NCBI GenBank assembly: GCA_029717555.1
Contig: JAMDHS010000011.1
Coordinates: 1 to 64,000, forward strand
Direction: 5' to 3'
Origin: Peribolospora baueri
Taxonomy: Eukaryota
DNA length: 64,000 bases
The position numbers and the translations under genes are program-made. This document shows, one piece after another, positions 62,590 through 64,000 of this stretch; within the stretch, counting starts at the first letter, position 1, and each line of letters starts with the position of its first letter. The notes under the pieces are model-generated. The model had not been told where the DNA came from. It saw only the letters and a program-made list of their open reading frames with translations, and did no database searches.

Positions 62590-63680
62590 TCAACGGGCCG
62601 CCTTGCCCTCCCTCCTTTCCAGCGCCCTCCGAAGGCCATCGGGCACGGGTGCCTTGCACAGCCGGTCGTAGTCGTAGGTGACGCAGAGTGCCTCGGAGGC
62701 GCACACGACGGCTTGCTGTTTAAGCGAGTAGGCGATCGCCGTGAGCCAGAAGCGGTCTTCGGAGAGCGAGTGCGGGCGGTGACCAACCAGGAGCTGAGAG
62801 GTGGCGGGGCATGATGAGGACAGGAAGGACGGAGACGAGGTCATGAGAGCTCGACCACTTCCGGGATGAGAGCCGTTGGAGCCTTAGACGACTCACGGTG
62901 TCGGGGTAGGTGCAGGGACGGATAAAAGTAACGTTGATCTTGCCGAGGATGAAGCTGACCCCTTTTCCTCTTAGCATGTTCATAGCCACTTCCTCGGAGA
63001 GGTCCGCAGAGAGGGCCTCGGCCCACTTCATACGGCCCGTCTCGAAGAAGCGAATATAGTGAGTGTTGTTGACGTGCTGATTTCAACAAGAGACGAGCCG
63101 AAAGAGAGTGAAAGTAGCGGCCTGGTAAGGCTTGGTATCCAACACGTTGTCCGACATGGGAGCACCGAGGCATCTGCCCTCTTGCACTGATCTGAGCGTC
63201 ACGTCCTCACCTGGAACCTGGTTGACGTGAAAAGTTATGAGGTTGTAAGCGATTCAGTCCGTACTGGCAGCAAAACGAGAAATAACCCTCGTCCCCCCCT
63301 CGGTTGTGCACGAAGAGAGACGCGGCTCACTGGTCATGATGGCCCCAAACGATCATCTGCTCCACGAGGCTTTCCTCGTCGAAGCCCTTCTCGATCATGT
63401 ACGCCTTGGCCTTGGCGAGCGCCTCGGCATATGAAGCTTGACGGGACGCTATGCGTTCGGAGACGGACGGGGACTGGGACAGGGACGGGGACGGGGCGGA
63501 CGAGGCGCCATCCTTGCGCGCAGGAATGGATGCGGTCAGAAAGCCCAAACGCCCCCTGCCATCGCAGCGGCCGAGAGAAATCCGAGGGGCCCCCAACGCC
63601 GCGCGAGGGCCAGCAGCGGAATGGAGTCGGAGAAGGCCCGCGCAGTGTCGTCGACCGGCGGCGATGGGAGATGGTAGCAT
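62590..63680 (-). CDS. Hot-dog fold acyl-CoA thioesterase (4HBT/YbgC-like) with probable mitochondrial presequence; includes a 7-nt microexon at 63211-63217
   Basis: IVWGHHDQ|FQ|HVNNTHYIRFFETGRM, GVSFILGKINVTFIRPCTYPDT|LLVGHR, AYSLKQQAVVCASEALCVTYDYDRLCKAPVP. Confidence 0.88.
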
Positions 63681-64000
63681 CGTTTCGGCTTTGATGTCCG
63701 GCGTCGGCCAAGGATCGTGCGCTGTTGATCTCGCTCACGCGTGCTTGGCCGTTCGTGCCCTAAGCTGATCTCGGCCACCTCGATAAGCGCGGGATCGATG
63801 TCCGCTCTTGAGCGCCCATCTCCGCTCACCGGCGTCCCCGCGTTGGGCGCTTCAGGTTCACCTCCGCTCGTGGAAGAGCGCCATGGGGCCCAACAGGATC
63901 TGTGTCCTAGTGAATCTCATCCGATGGCAGCTGAGGACCAAGCCAGGCTTCTCGCGTCGTGTGTTCACATGAAAATGCAGTCTCCAAATGCGTCTGCTTG

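Noticed and set aside
1..64000. Transposons, tRNA, rRNA, CRISPR arrays
   Set aside because: No transposase, RT or integrase motifs, TIR/LTR pairs, cloverleafs or repeat-spacer arrays were seen by eye; the repeats present are microsatellites.

Overview
Eukaryotic, intron-rich (GTGAG/GTACG donors, CAG/TAG acceptors), GC-rich fungal DNA, most consistent with a basidiomycete; the species cannot be determined from this window. I could splice about 17 protein-coding genes by hand. Housekeeping genes: CTK1/CDK12-like kinase, eIF2-alpha (SUI2), DPM2, G6PD (ZWF1), ROT1, proteasome beta-6 (PRE7), a YBL028C/DUF2423 homologue and a hot-dog thioesterase. Regulatory genes: a Phx1/Pah1/HbxA-type homeodomain factor, a Zn2Cys6 factor, an Ssd1/Dis3L2 RNB protein and a DCAF8/WDTC1-like WD40 protein. 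Others: an intronless GNAT, a DUF4396-like membrane protein, a ~940-970 aa orphan, a possible small secreted protein and an 8-exon type-1 (microbial) rhodopsin. The most notable item is the rhodopsin. It keeps the DTD pump triad and the Schiff-base Lys, but its retinal pocket is heavily rewired (bacteriorhodopsin numbering W86Y, T90M, D115G, G116E, I119E, G122A, W189F, A215T), suggesting a blue-shifted or sensory fungal rhodopsin subtype. Other highlights: a Zn2Cys6 cluster with 90 aa between Cys5 and Cys6, an Ssd1-architecture protein with an intact catalytic motif, a long structured intron in the DUF2423 gene, a CaaX box on the DCAF, and a 7-nt microexon. No rRNA, tRNA, CRISPR array or transposon was recognised. 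All calls come from manual reading; no searches were run.
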